Source: Dehalococcoidia bacterium | GTDB taxonomy: Bacteria > Chloroflexota > Dehalococcoidia > UBA2979 | Direction: 5' to 3' | DNA: 64,000 nucleotides | NCBI GenBank assembly: GCA_009692705.1 | Contig: SHYR01000002.1 | Location: 20,568-84,567 of the forward strand | Part shown: in pieces, positions 8,080 to 17,094 of the stretch | How positions within the stretch are numbered: position 1 is the first letter of the stretch | Layout: every line of letters starts with the position of its first letter | Program-made: the position numbers and the translations under genes | Notes under the pieces: generated by a model | Seen by the model: the letters and a program-made list of their open reading frames with translations, nothing else | Told to the model about the DNA's origin: nothing | Databases searched by the model: none

Positions 8080-9534
8080 ATGACGCGCGAGGAGATTCGC
8101 GCGCGCCCGAAGCCGCTGCGCCCGGACGTCGACCGCAAGGCGCGTCTGAAGCTCCCGGCCCACCTGCCCAAGAAGCAGGCGCCGGCGGTGCGCACCGGCA
8201 ACTGGGACGAGGTCTCGTTCCTCTTCGACGAGGCGACCGCCCGGGCGGAGGCCGAGCGCTGCATCCAGTGCCCGGGCGCGCCCTGCATCAAGGCTTGCCC
8301 CGTCGGCAACGACATCCCAGGCGCGCTCTGGCTGCTCGAGCACGGCGATTTCGACGGCGCCGCCAACGTCTTCCGCCAGACCAGCGAGCTGCCGGAGATG
8401 TGCGGCCGGCTCTGCCCGCAGGAGCGGCTTTGCGAGGGTCACTGCGTGGTGGGCAACAAGGCGCTGCCGGTGGCGATCGGCAAGCTCGAAACCTTCACCA
8501 CGGAGTGGCAGCAAGCCCACGGCGGCCCGCCACCGGCGGCGCCCGTCCCGAGTAGCGGCCGCAGCGTCGCCATCGTCGGCAGCGGACCGGCTGGCATCGC
8601 CTGCGCCGAGCCACTCGCGCGCGCCGGCCACCGCGCGGTGATCTACGAAGCCTGGCCGGAGCCGGGCGGCATCTTGCTCTACGGCATCCCGGACTTCAAG
8701 CAGAACAAGCCCGCGGTCGCACGCAAGTTTCGGCAGCTCACCGCGCTCGGGGTCGAGGTCGTTACCTCGACCCGCATCGGCGTCGACATTCCGCTCGCGC
8801 AGCTCGAACGGGAGTACGACGCGGTCTTCCTCGCCTTCGGCGCCACCGAGGGCGCGCGCCTGCGCCTGCCGCACGAGGACGCGCCGGGCGTCTATCGCGC
8901 GACTGACTTCCTGGTGCGCGCCAACCTCCCGGCGGAGCAGTTGCCGGAGGCCATGCGCGCGCCGCTGCCGGCGATGCGCAACGTGGTCGTGGTGGGCGGG
9001 GGCGACACCTCGATGGACTGCGTGCGCTCGGCGGCGCGCCTGCGGGCGGAGCGCGTGACGCTGATCTACCGCCGCACGGAAGCGGAGATGCAGGGCCGCG
9101 CCGAGGAGCGCAAGCACGCGGTGGAGGAGGGCGTCGTCTTCGAGTACCTGGCGGCACCGCTCGCGATCCTGCTCGACGACGAGGGCGCGGTGCGCGGGCT
9201 GCGCTGCCAGCGCATGCGCCTCGGCGAGCCCGACGAGACCGGCCGCTCGCGGCCCGAGCCGGTGCCCGGCTCCGAGTTCGAGATCGCCGCCGACGCGCTC
9301 GTGCTCGCGGTCGGCTACGACGTGGACGCGGCGTGGGGGGAGTACGCCCCCGACATCGTCCGGGACCGCTGGCACCGACTGGTCGTGGACCCGCAGACGA
9401 TGAAGACGAACCGGCGCGGGGTGTTTGGCGGCGGCGACAACGTCAACGGCGCCGACCTCGTCGTGACGGCGATGGCGGACGGGCACCGGGCTGCCGCCGC
9501 GATCAAACACTACCTCGCGGACGGCAAGTGGTAG
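8080..9534 (+). CDS. Glutamate synthase small-subunit-like NAD(P)H:FAD oxidoreductase (GltD family), stand-alone
   Basis: N-terminal Fe-S Cys clusters (CIQCPGAPCIKACP…, CGRLCPQERLCEGHC), a dinucleotide fold VAIVGSGPAGIACA, and a second VVVVGGGDTSMDC. Confidence 0.8.
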   Translation: MTREEIRARPKPLRPDVDRKARLKLPAHLPKKQAPAVRTGNWDEVSFLFDEATARAEAERCIQCPGAPCIKACPVGNDIPGALWLLEHGDFDGAANVFRQTSELPEMCGRLCPQERLCEGHCVVGNKALPVAIGKLETFTTEWQQAHGGPPPAAPVPSSGRSVAIVGSGPAGIACAEPLARAGHRAVIYEAWPEPGGILLYGIPDFKQNKPAVARKFRQLTALGVEVVTSTRIGVDIPLAQLEREYDAVFLAFGATEGARLRLPHEDAPGVYRATDFLVRANLPAEQLPEAMRAPLPAMRNVVVVGGGDTSMDCVRSAARLRAERVTLIYRRTEAEMQGRAEERKHAVEEGVVFEYLAAPLAILLDDEGAVRGLRCQRMRLGEPDETGRSRPEPVPGSEFEIAADALVLAVGYDVDAAWGEYAPDIVRDRWHRLVVDPQTMKTNRRGVFGGGDNVNGADLVVTAMADGHRAAAAIKHYLADGKW

Positions 9535-9660
9535 GCCGCGACCGACCGCTCGGCCGCGGGGCGACGCGGGGGCGGGGGGCTTGCGCTTCAGCTTGTGGCG
9601 CTACCCCCGCTGAGGTAGGGTGTTTGCGATGACCACGACTCGCCGTCCTGCCTGCGCGCG

Positions 9661-10002
9661 ATGATCGAGCAGAAGCTCGCGCGCACCCCGGAGGGGGAGT
9701 TCTGCCCCGTGCGCGCGACGCTCGCGCTCGTCGGGCAGAAGTGGGTCCCCCACATCGTTTATCAGCTGATGCAGGGCAAGTGCCGCTTCAACGACCTCGC
9801 GCAGGCGATCGGCGGTTGCAACTCGCGCACGCTGCGTGATCGCCTCGTCGAGCTGGAGGAGATGGGCCTTGTCACCCGCCACATCGTCACCACCATGCCC
9901 CCGTGGGTGGAGTACGAGCTCAGCGCGCAGGGGCGCGAGCTCGGCGAGGCGCTGTCGCCACTCGAACGCTGGGGCCGGCGGCATCTCGCCAACGGTTTCT
10001 AG
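9661..10002 (+). CDS. HxlR-family winged-helix transcriptional regulator
   Basis: CPVRATLALVGQKWVPHIVYQL…RFNDLAQAIGGCNSRTLRDRLVELEEMGLV…YELSAQGREL is the canonical HxlR pattern. Confidence 0.85.
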   Translation: MIEQKLARTPEGEFCPVRATLALVGQKWVPHIVYQLMQGKCRFNDLAQAIGGCNSRTLRDRLVELEEMGLVTRHIVTTMPPWVEYELSAQGRELGEALSPLERWGRRHLANGF

Positions 10003-10033
10003 ACCGGGCCGCGCCGCACCGCCCCGGCTGCCG

Positions 10034-10080
10034 TTGACCACTCCCTTGACCACTCCCTTGACCACTCCCTTGACGACCCC
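10034..10080 (+). repeat. Tandem 12-bp repeat TTGACCACTCCC x3 plus a degenerate 4th copy (TTGACGACCCC) abutting the ATG at 10081
   Basis: Read directly: 10034-10045, 10046-10057 and 10058-10069 are identical, and 10070-10080 is degenerate. Confidence 0.95.
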
Positions 10081-10491
10081 ATGACGATCGCGCTGCGCTC
10101 GCTGGTGCGCGGCGACCGCCTGCCCGAGCTGGCGGTGCGGATCGATGCCGCCGACGTGCGTGCATACCTCGAGGCCACCGGGGAGGCGGCCTCGGCGTCG
10201 GCGGCGCTGTGGGGCGACACGATGCCGCCGCTCGCGCTCGGCGCGTTCGCGCTCGCCGCGCTGCTGGAGCAAGTGCCGGTGGTCGCTGGCACGCTCCACA
10301 CCGGACAGGAGCTCGCGTTCCGGCGCGCGGTCGTGATCGGCGAGCCGCTGACGGCGCGCATCAGCGTGGCGCAGCGCGCCGAGCGCGCCGGCACCGTGCT
10401 GATCGCGCTCGACCTCGAGTTGCATGCGCCGGACGGCGTGGTGGCGAGCGGTCGCATCACGATCGTCTACCCGGCGAGCGAGGGCGCGTGA
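10081..10491 (+). CDS. Hotdog-fold hydratase subunit (MaoC_dehydrat_N / FAS1-like)
   Basis: 136 aa. Its stop overlaps the GTG of the next hotdog gene (GTGA). The pairing resembles two-subunit (R)-hydratases of the HadAB type. Confidence 0.6.
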   Translation: MTIALRSLVRGDRLPELAVRIDAADVRAYLEATGEAASASAALWGDTMPPLALGAFALAALLEQVPVVAGTLHTGQELAFRRAVVIGEPLTARISVAQRAERAGTVLIALDLELHAPDGVVASGRITIVYPASEGA

Positions 10492-10874
10492 GCGCGCCGC
10501 CGCAGGTGCCGGCGGTCACACGCCTGCTCGACCGGGCGCGTGTCGGCGCCTATGCCGGCGCCGCCCGCGACGGCAACCCGATCCACCTCGACCCGGTGGT
10601 GGCGCGCGCCGCGGGGCTCGACGGCCCGCTCGCGCACGGCATGCTCGTGCTCGCGCTGGTCTCCGAGGCGATGAGTCGGGCGTTCGGGCGGCGCTGGGCG
10701 GACAGCGGCTCGCTGAAGGTGCGCTGGCGCGCGCCCGCGCTCGTGCCCTCGGTCGTGACCGCGCGCGCGGTGCTACGCTCCGAGCGCGACGGCGTGGCCA
10801 GCTACGACGTGAGATGCGAGGACGCGCGCGGCGTCGTGCTGCTCAACGGCACCGCCAGCGCGCGCTACCGCTAG
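10488..10874 (+). CDS. MaoC-like dehydratase subunit
   Basis: From the GTG at 10488: YAGAARDGNPIHLDPVVARAAGLDGPLAHGML… is the MaoC hydratase motif region. Confidence 0.7.
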   Translation: MSAPPQVPAVTRLLDRARVGAYAGAARDGNPIHLDPVVARAAGLDGPLAHGMLVLALVSEAMSRAFGRRWADSGSLKVRWRAPALVPSVVTARAVLRSERDGVASYDVRCEDARGVVLLNGTASARYR

Positions 10875-12190
10875 CGGTCACCGCCCTCGACGCTGGTGGG
10901 CGCGACGGCCGGTGCCGCGGCGCCCGGGCGTCGCAGCGTCTCGCGCGCGAACACGAAGAGCAGTGCGGCAGCGCCCATCAACAGCGCGTTCGCCGCCAGC
11001 GCCCAGCCGAACGAGCTGGCGTCCGCGATCAGGCCGAGCAGCGGCGGGCCCACCATCAGCCCGAAGTCCCCGGTCGTGCGGTACACGCCCATCGCCAGCC
11101 CGCGCGCCTCGTCGGGCGCGATGTCGGCGACGTACGCGGCGGGCGCCGGCCCGGCGATCGAGGAGCCGAGCGCGAACACCAGCGAGGCGAGCAGGAACAG
11201 CTCCATCGTCCCGGCGCCGGCGTAGAGCGCCAGCCCGACTGCGGTCACGATCCCGCTGGGGATGATCACCGCCTTGCGGCCGAAGCGGTCGCCCGCGATC
11301 GCCGCCGGGGTGATCAGCACGAGGTTGAGCAGCGCCATGCCAGAGAAGATCGCGCCGAGCTTCCCCGGCGAGATGGCGAGCCGCGCGTAGCCGATCAGCG
11401 GCACCATCGTCTGCTGGGACGCGCTGCGCGTGAAGAACGTCGCCATCGTAAAGAGCGCCGCCGCCACGAAGTCGAGCGAGCGCACCATGCGCAGCAGCGC
11501 GGCGCGCGGCGCCGGCAGTGGTGGCGGGGCCGCGCCGCCGGCCGGGGCGGCGGGCTGCGGCATCGCTTCCGCGGCACGCAACGCCGATTCGGCCCGCGCC
11601 AGCCCGCGCGTCTCCGGCAGCCGCAGGTAGGCGTAGGCGGCAGCGATCAGCGCGGCGGCGCCGACGGCGAAGAACGGGGCCCGCAGCCCCCACCCCTCGG
11701 CGAGCGCGCCGCCGATGGCGGGGCCGATCGACACGCCGAGCAGCAGCGCGCCCTGGTTGGTGCCGAGGAAGCGCGCGCGGTTCTCGCGCGTGGAGATGTC
11801 TGCGAGGTAGATCATCGCGCCGGTCATGTACATGGCGGAGCCCGCGCCGGCCACGAAGCGCCACGCCAGCAGCTGCCAGATGTTGAGCGCGAGACCGGAG
11901 CCCACCATCCCGGCCGAGGTCACCAGCGGCCCGCCGGCGAGCAGCAGGCGCCGGCCGCGGCGATCGGCGAGCACGCCCAGCGGGACGTTGAGGATCAGGC
12001 GCGCCAGCGCGAACGAGGAGAGCGTGAGGCCGATCGTGCTGGCGCCGACGCCGAACTGCCGGGCGAAGAGCGGCAGCACGGGCGCGATCACGCCCTGGCC
12101 GGCCATCACCAGCACTGTGGCAGCGCTGATCATCAGCAGCCGCTCGTGCCGGCGCAGCAGCTCGACGCGGCGCCCGAGGTCGCGGAGCAT
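10871..12190 (-). CDS. MFS transporter
   Basis: The C-terminal 439 aa of the 924-aa ORF: 12-TM pattern, MFS motif A-like GVLADRRGRR, and a second half with AGDRFGRK. The ATG at 12190 shares a base with the ald stop (TGATG). Confidence 0.8.
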   Translation of the reverse strand: MLRDLGRRVELLRRHERLLMISAATVLVMAGQGVIAPVLPLFARQFGVGASTIGLTLSSFALARLILNVPLGVLADRRGRRLLLAGGPLVTSAGMVGSGLALNIWQLLAWRFVAGAGSAMYMTGAMIYLADISTRENRARFLGTNQGALLLGVSIGPAIGGALAEGWGLRAPFFAVGAAALIAAAYAYLRLPETRGLARAESALRAAEAMPQPAAPAGGAAPPPLPAPRAALLRMVRSLDFVAAALFTMATFFTRSASQQTMVPLIGYARLAISPGKLGAIFSGMALLNLVLITPAAIAGDRFGRKAVIIPSGIVTAVGLALYAGAGTMELFLLASLVFALGSSIAGPAPAAYVADIAPDEARGLAMGVYRTTGDFGLMVGPPLLGLIADASSFGWALAANALLMGAAALLFVFARETLRRPGAAAPAVAPTSVEGGDR

Positions 12191-13314
12191 CAGGCGCCCG
12201 CGTCTAGCAGTTCCTCGAGCGGCCGGTACGGCAGGCCAAGCGATTCGGCCACCGCGCGGTGCGTGATGTGCCCGCGGTAGATGTTGACCCCGCGCCGCAG
12301 CGCGGCGTTGCCGCGCACCGCCGCCGCGAACCCGTCGTTCGCCACGCGCAGGATGTACGGCAGCGTGAGGCCGGTGAGCGCGCGCGAGGAGGTCTGTGGC
12401 ACCGCGCCCGGCATGTTCGGCACCGCGTAGTGCACTACCCCCTCCTCGACGTATATCGGGTGCGCGTGGTCGGTCGGGCGGGTGGTTTCCACGCAGCCGC
12501 CCTGGTCCACCGCGACGTCGACGATCACCGCGCCCGGACCCATCGAGCGCACCATCTCCCGTGTCACCACCACGGGCGCGCGCCGTCCGGGCAGCAGCAC
12601 CGCGCCGATCAGCAGGTCCGCACCCGCGATCGTGTCCGCCAGCGCCTGCGGGCTGCTCAGCACCGTCTCGACGCGGCCGGCGTACAGCTCCTCGAGGCTG
12701 CGCAGCTGGTCCTCGTTGATCGAGAGCACGCTCACGCGCGCGCCGGCGCCGACGGCGGAGCGCACGGCGTTTTTGCCGACGTTGCCGGAACCGACCACCA
12801 CCACGTGCGCCGGCGGGACCCCGGGCAGCCCGCCCAGCAGCATCCCGCGTCCCGGCCCCGGCCGCTTCAGGTAGTGCAGCCCGATCTCCACCGCCATGCG
12901 GCCCGCGACCTCCGACATCGGCGCCAGCAGCGGCAGGAAGCCGTCGTCGCGCTCCACGGTCTCGTAGCCGATCGCGATGCAACGCGAGTCCAGCAGCGCC
13001 CGCGCCACCGCAGGCTCGGCCGCGAGGTGCAGGTAGGTGAAGAGGATCTGGCCATCGCGCAGCAGCGCGAACTCCTCGGCCTGCGGCTCCTTCACCTCGC
13101 ACATCAGGCCGGCCCGCGCGTAGACCTCGGCCGGCGTCTCCAGCACGCTGGCGCCCGCCGCCCGGTACTCGGCGTCCTCGTAGTTCGAGCCACGGCCCGC
13201 GCCGGCTTCCACCAGCACGCTGTGCCCGGCGCGCGCGATATCCGTCACGCCCTGTGGCGTCAGCGCGACGCGGTACTCCTCGGTCTTGGTTTCGCGCACC
13301 GTGCCGATGATCAC
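12190..13314 (-). CDS. ald: Alanine dehydrogenase
   Basis: MIIGTVRETKTEEYRVALTP…, NAD fold VVVVGSGNVGKNA, and …VHYAVPNMPGAVP. The match to the Ald family is full length. Confidence 0.9.
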   Translation of the reverse strand: MIIGTVRETKTEEYRVALTPQGVTDIARAGHSVLVEAGAGRGSNYEDAEYRAAGASVLETPAEVYARAGLMCEVKEPQAEEFALLRDGQILFTYLHLAAEPAVARALLDSRCIAIGYETVERDDGFLPLLAPMSEVAGRMAVEIGLHYLKRPGPGRGMLLGGLPGVPPAHVVVVGSGNVGKNAVRSAVGAGARVSVLSINEDQLRSLEELYAGRVETVLSSPQALADTIAGADLLIGAVLLPGRRAPVVVTREMVRSMGPGAVIVDVAVDQGGCVETTRPTDHAHPIYVEEGVVHYAVPNMPGAVPQTSSRALTGLTLPYILRVANDGFAAAVRGNAALRRGVNIYRGHITHRAVAESLGLPYRPLEELLDAGA

Positions 13315-13412
13315 GCGCCACGCTCCAGTACGTCGCCCGCTCGCACCTGCTGTGCGAGCGGCTCAGTATAGGCGTGGTCTTGCGCACGCTCACGCGCGAG
13401 CGGCAGCGCGGT

Positions 13413-14057
13413 CTATGCGGGCGCGGCCGTCTCCACCGTGTCCACGGCGCGCCACATGTACCAGCTGCCCACCGAGCGGTACGGTGCCCACGGCGCGCCG
13501 ATCCCGCGCGCCTGCGCCGGGGTCGGCGGCTTCGCCAGGCCGTACACGATCTGCATCCCACGCCGCACGCCGAGATCGCCGGCCGGCAGCACGTCCGGGC
13601 GCCCGAGCTCGAGCAGTAGGAATATGTGCGCCGACCATTCGCCAAGGCCGTGGACCACGGTCAGCGCGCGCGTCACCGCCTCGTCCGGCGCCGCGCCCAG
13701 CGCCTCGAGGTCCAGCCGCCCGTCGAGCACCTGCGCGGCGAGGTCGCGGAGGTAGGCGGCCTTCTGGCGCGAGACGCCCGCGGAGCGGAACTGCTCGTCG
13801 CTGGTGGCGAGGATCGCGCGTGGCGCGGGCGTGGCCGCGCCGTCGCCGTAGAGCGTGAGCCAGCGGCGCTGGATCGCGCGCGCGGCGGGGCCAGCGAGCT
13901 GCTGGAAGAGGATCGTGCGCACCAGCCGCCCGTAAGGGTCGTCGCCGGGGCGCGGGGTGAAGGGCCCGCTCGCCTCGATTAGCGCGCCGAGGCGCGGGTC
14001 CACCGCCCGCAGGTGGCGGTATGCCCGCGCGAGCGAGAAGCGCACGCGCGCCGTCAC
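13413..14057 (-). CDS. HhH-GPD DNA glycosylase (DNA-3-methyladenine glycosylase II / AlkA-like)
   Basis: ILFQQLAGPAARAI…SAGVSRQKAAYLRDLA…LTVVHGLGEWSAHIFLLL…LPAGDLGVRRG shows the HhH-GPD signature with the catalytic Asp context. Confidence 0.8.
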   Translation of the reverse strand: MTARVRFSLARAYRHLRAVDPRLGALIEASGPFTPRPGDDPYGRLVRTILFQQLAGPAARAIQRRWLTLYGDGAATPAPRAILATSDEQFRSAGVSRQKAAYLRDLAAQVLDGRLDLEALGAAPDEAVTRALTVVHGLGEWSAHIFLLLELGRPDVLPAGDLGVRRGMQIVYGLAKPPTPAQARGIGAPWAPYRSVGSWYMWRAVDTVETAAPA

Positions 14058-14646
14058 GGGCCCGCCCCGCCGGCGCCGGGCCCAACGGCCGCCTCAGCCA
14101 GCCTCGCCGCCAGCCAATCGTCGAGCTCGCGCTGAGAGCGCAGGCGCACCCAGCGTACGTGCGCCAGCTCCGGGTCGCGCATCGCCGCCTCTTGGCGTCG
14201 CCGCACGGCGCCGCGGTTGCACACCGCGAAGGCGATCAGCGAGTTCTGTGGGCTCCAGAGCTTGACCTGCCGCCAGAAGCGTTCCACGTTGGTGCCCCAG
14301 AGCAGCTCGTGCGAGCGGGAGTGCCGCCAGGAGCGCCGCAGGATGCGCTGGATCACTACCCGTAGCGGCAGGTCCAGCCAGACGATGGTCTCCAGTCGCG
14401 GCCAGAGCACCGGCCGCGTGTGTCGGTAGTAGCTCCCGGTGCCGACCCATGCGTCCCCCGCCGCCACCTCCCGCAGCCGGGCTCGGAACTCTTCCTCGCT
14501 CGGCGCCTGCCAGCCCGGCCGCCAGTAGAGGGCGTCCAGCTCGGCGAATGGCACGCCGAGCGCCGCGGCGAGCCGCGCCGCAAGCGTGGACTGCCGGAGC
14601 AGCTTGGCCCCAGCACCTGGATGCGCCGGCCGAGCACGGCTGCCAC
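14054..14646 (-). pseudogene. P-loop NTPase (adenylate-kinase/topology-modulation-like) with a 1-nt frameshift inside Walker A
   Basis: The upstream frame reads VAAVLGRRIQVLGPSCSG|SPRL… The downstream frame reads …STLAARLAAALGVPFAELDALYWRPGW… The minus-strand text GGCAGTCC (plus 14588-14595) needs one extra A (GGCAAGTCC) to give GPSCSGKSTLAARL. Confidence 0.8.
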
Positions 14647-14665
14647 GGGGCGTGTGCTCGCGCCG

Positions 14666-16363
14666 CTAGACGACGGTAGGGGGCGTGTACTCGCCCCACT
14701 CCTGGCGTAGCACGCCGCACATCTCGCCGAGGGTGGCGTAGGCGCGCACCGCCTCCAGGATCGGCGGCATCAGGCTCTCGCTGCCGCGGGCCGCCTCGCG
14801 CAGTCGGCGCAGCGAGGCGTCGACGGCGGCGCCGTCGCGCTCGGCGCGCACGCGGCGCAGGCGCTTGAGCTGCGCCGCGAGGATCTCGGCGGCGTTCGCC
14901 GGGCGGAAGAGCGCGGGCGGGCGCCGCTCATCGCTGTCGACGTAGTCGTTGACGCCCACGATCACGCGCTCGCCGGACTCGATCTCGCGCTGGTAGGCGA
15001 CCGCCGCCTCCTGGATCTCGCCCTGCATGTAGCCGCTCTCGATCGCCGCCACCGCCCCGCCGAGGTCATCGACGCGGCGCAGGATCGCGTTCGCCTCGCG
15101 CTCCAGCTGGTCGGTGAGCGACTCCACATAGTAGGAGCCGGCGAGCGCGTCCACGGTGTCGGCCGCCCCGCTCTCGTGCGCGATCAACTGCTGCGTGCGC
15201 AACGCGATCGTCTGCGCCTGCTCGCTCGGCAGCGAGAGCGCCTCGTCGTAGCAGGAGAGCGCCATCGACTGCACGCCGCCGAGCACCGCGGCGAGCGCCT
15301 GCAGCGCCGCGCGGGCGATGTTGTTGAGCGGCTGCTGCGCGGTGAGTGTGGAACCCCCGGTCTGGGTGTGGGTGCGTAGCATCCATGAGTCCGGCTGTTT
15401 CGCGCCGAAGCGCTCGCGCAGCAGGCGCGCCCACATGCGGCGCAGCGCGCGGTACTTCGCGATCTCCTCGAAGAACTGGTTGTGGGTGTTGAAGATCCAC
15501 GACACGCGCGGCGCGACGTCGTCGATCTCCGCGCCCTGGCGCTGGCACGCCTCGAGGTAGGCGATGGCGTTGGCGAAGGAGAACGCGATCTCCTGCGCCG
15601 CCGTCGAGCCCGCCTCGCGGATGTGGTAGCCCGAGACGGAGATCGAGTTGAACTTCGGCGCCTCGCGCGCGCAGTAGACGATCAGGTCCGCCGCCAGCCG
15701 CACTGAGGGCTGCGGCGGGAAGATGTAGGTGCCGCGGGCCACGTACTCCTTGAGCACGTCGTTCTGGGCGGTGCCCATCACCTTCGAGGCGTCGTGCCCC
15801 TGCCGCTCCGCCGTCACCAGGTACATCGCCACCAGCATCGCCGCCGGCGCGTTGATCGTCATCGAGGTGGAGATGCGGTCCAACGGCAGTCCCTCGAACA
15901 GGGTCTCCATGTCGGCGAGCGTGTCGATGGCGACGCCGACCTGCCCGACTTCGCCCTCCGCCATCGCGTCGTCGGAGTCGTAGCCGGTCTGGGTCGGCAG
16001 GTCGAACGCGGTCGAGAGCCCGGTCTGGCCATGGGCGAGCAGCTCGCGGAAGCGGCCGTTCGTCTCCTCGGCGGTGCCGAATCCCGCGTACTGGCGCATC
16101 GTCCACAGCCGCCCGCGGTACATGGTGGGCTGCACGCCGCGCGTGAACGGGTACTGGCCGGGGAAGCCGACGTCGCGCAGGTAGTCGAGCCCCGAGAGGT
16201 CGAGCGGGGTGTACAGGCGCTGCGTCTCCGCCGAGGAGGTGCGGAAGCGCGGGCTGCGCTCCGGGAAGCGCTGGAGCACGCGCGCCAGCGCCCCTTCCTC
16301 CCACGCGCGCTGCGCGTCGCGCAGCGCGGCCGCCTCGCCCGTGTGGCCCGTCGGCTCGCTCAC
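14666..16363 (-). CDS. Methylmalonyl-CoA mutase family, catalytic (large/N-terminal) subunit of the split type, without a B12-binding domain
   Basis: FPGQYPFTRGVQPTMYRGRLWTMRQYAGFG…TGLSTAFDLPTQ…TMTINAPA…GTAQNDVLKEY… is the classic MCM TIM-barrel. The 565 aa end before any DxHxxG B12 domain. Confidence 0.9.
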   Translation of the reverse strand: MSEPTGHTGEAAALRDAQRAWEEGALARVLQRFPERSPRFRTSSAETQRLYTPLDLSGLDYLRDVGFPGQYPFTRGVQPTMYRGRLWTMRQYAGFGTAEETNGRFRELLAHGQTGLSTAFDLPTQTGYDSDDAMAEGEVGQVGVAIDTLADMETLFEGLPLDRISTSMTINAPAAMLVAMYLVTAERQGHDASKVMGTAQNDVLKEYVARGTYIFPPQPSVRLAADLIVYCAREAPKFNSISVSGYHIREAGSTAAQEIAFSFANAIAYLEACQRQGAEIDDVAPRVSWIFNTHNQFFEEIAKYRALRRMWARLLRERFGAKQPDSWMLRTHTQTGGSTLTAQQPLNNIARAALQALAAVLGGVQSMALSCYDEALSLPSEQAQTIALRTQQLIAHESGAADTVDALAGSYYVESLTDQLEREANAILRRVDDLGGAVAAIESGYMQGEIQEAAVAYQREIESGERVIVGVNDYVDSDERRPPALFRPANAAEILAAQLKRLRRVRAERDGAAVDASLRRLREAARGSESLMPPILEAVRAYATLGEMCGVLRQEWGEYTPPTVV

Positions 16364-16505
16364 CGTGTACCTGCCATCCCCGGGGGCGCCGGCCGGGCCG
16401 CCGCACGCGAGGCGCTCACGGCCGGGCGTCCGTCCCGCCGATCGTAGCCGAGGAGCGCGCGCCTGTCAGTCCCGTCAGTCCCGCGGCGGGCGGCGACGTC
16501 CACCG

Positions 16506-16928
16506 TCAGGCCAGCGCCTCGACCACGACTACCGCCTCGCCGGCGATCACGTTCGTGCCCGCATCGTTCGCCACCATGGTCTCGAGCGTGACCCGCGCCC
16601 GCTCGGTGTCCAGCGCGGTGCAGGTGACCGTCGCCGTCAGGTGATCGCCGGGGCTGACTGGAGCACGAAAGCGCAGGCTCTGGCTGACGTAAATGATCAC
16701 GCGGTCGGGGGCCAGCTGGGTGCCGATCGCGGTGCCGATCAGGCTGGCGCACAGGAGCCCGTGCGCGATCGGGTGCTTGAAGCGGGTGCGGGCGGCGAAC
16801 TGCGGGTCGCGGTGCAGCGGCTGCGTGTCCTCGGTGAGCGCTGTGAAGGCGGCGATGTCGGCGTGCGTGATGGTCTTCTCGAACGTGACGCGGGTGCCGA
16901 CCTCGATGCCCTGGACGTTCTCGGTCAT
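16506..16928 (-). CDS. MaoC-family (R)-specific enoyl-CoA hydratase
   Basis: FTALTEDTQPLHRDPQFAARTRFKHPIAHGLL is the hydratase-2 motif. Single hotdog fold, 140 aa. Confidence 0.8.
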   Translation of the reverse strand: MTENVQGIEVGTRVTFEKTITHADIAAFTALTEDTQPLHRDPQFAARTRFKHPIAHGLLCASLIGTAIGTQLAPDRVIIYVSQSLRFRAPVSPGDHLTATVTCTALDTERARVTLETMVANDAGTNVIAGEAVVVVEALA

Positions 16929-17043
16929 GCTCTGCCTTCCCCTCGTGCGCGCCCGGCGGAATCGTACGTGGGAGGCTGCGGGCTGTCCAACGCGGGTGCG
17001 CTGGCTAGTTTGCTCAGTTAATCGCTATGAAATGCAAATAAAC

Positions 17044-17071
17044 TTGACATTGGCAGTAGCGGGCGGATAAT
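17044..17071 (+). promoter_or_regulatory. Sigma-70-type promoter for sufR/suf operon: TTGACA-16 nt-GATAAT
   Basis: TTGACA at 17044-17049 and GATAAT at 17066-17071, inside a locally AT-rich stretch ~25 nt before the sufR ATG. Confidence 0.55.
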
Positions 17072-17094
17072 CGTCGCAGGCAGGCGGGAAGCTC

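Noticed and set aside
10034-10080. The tandem 12-bp repeat as a CRISPR-like array or a coding tetrapeptide repeat.
   Set aside because: The units are directly adjacent with no spacers and are far too short for CRISPR. Although in frame with both neighbours, the repeat lies between a TAG and the ATG and has no start codon of its own.
10871-13645. 924-aa ORF that looks like a giant fusion protein.
   Set aside because: Only the last 439 aa (from the ATG at 12190) form a coherent MFS transporter. The N-terminal part is an alternate same-strand frame of the alanine dehydrogenase gene and is Arg-rich.
16929-17094. AT-rich divergent region between maoC and sufR with a TTTGC…GCAAA inverted repeat, as a possible SufR operator.
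   Set aside because: Only 5 bp match per arm, with a long spacer. This cannot be distinguished from chance, so I kept only the TTGACA/GATAAT promoter call.
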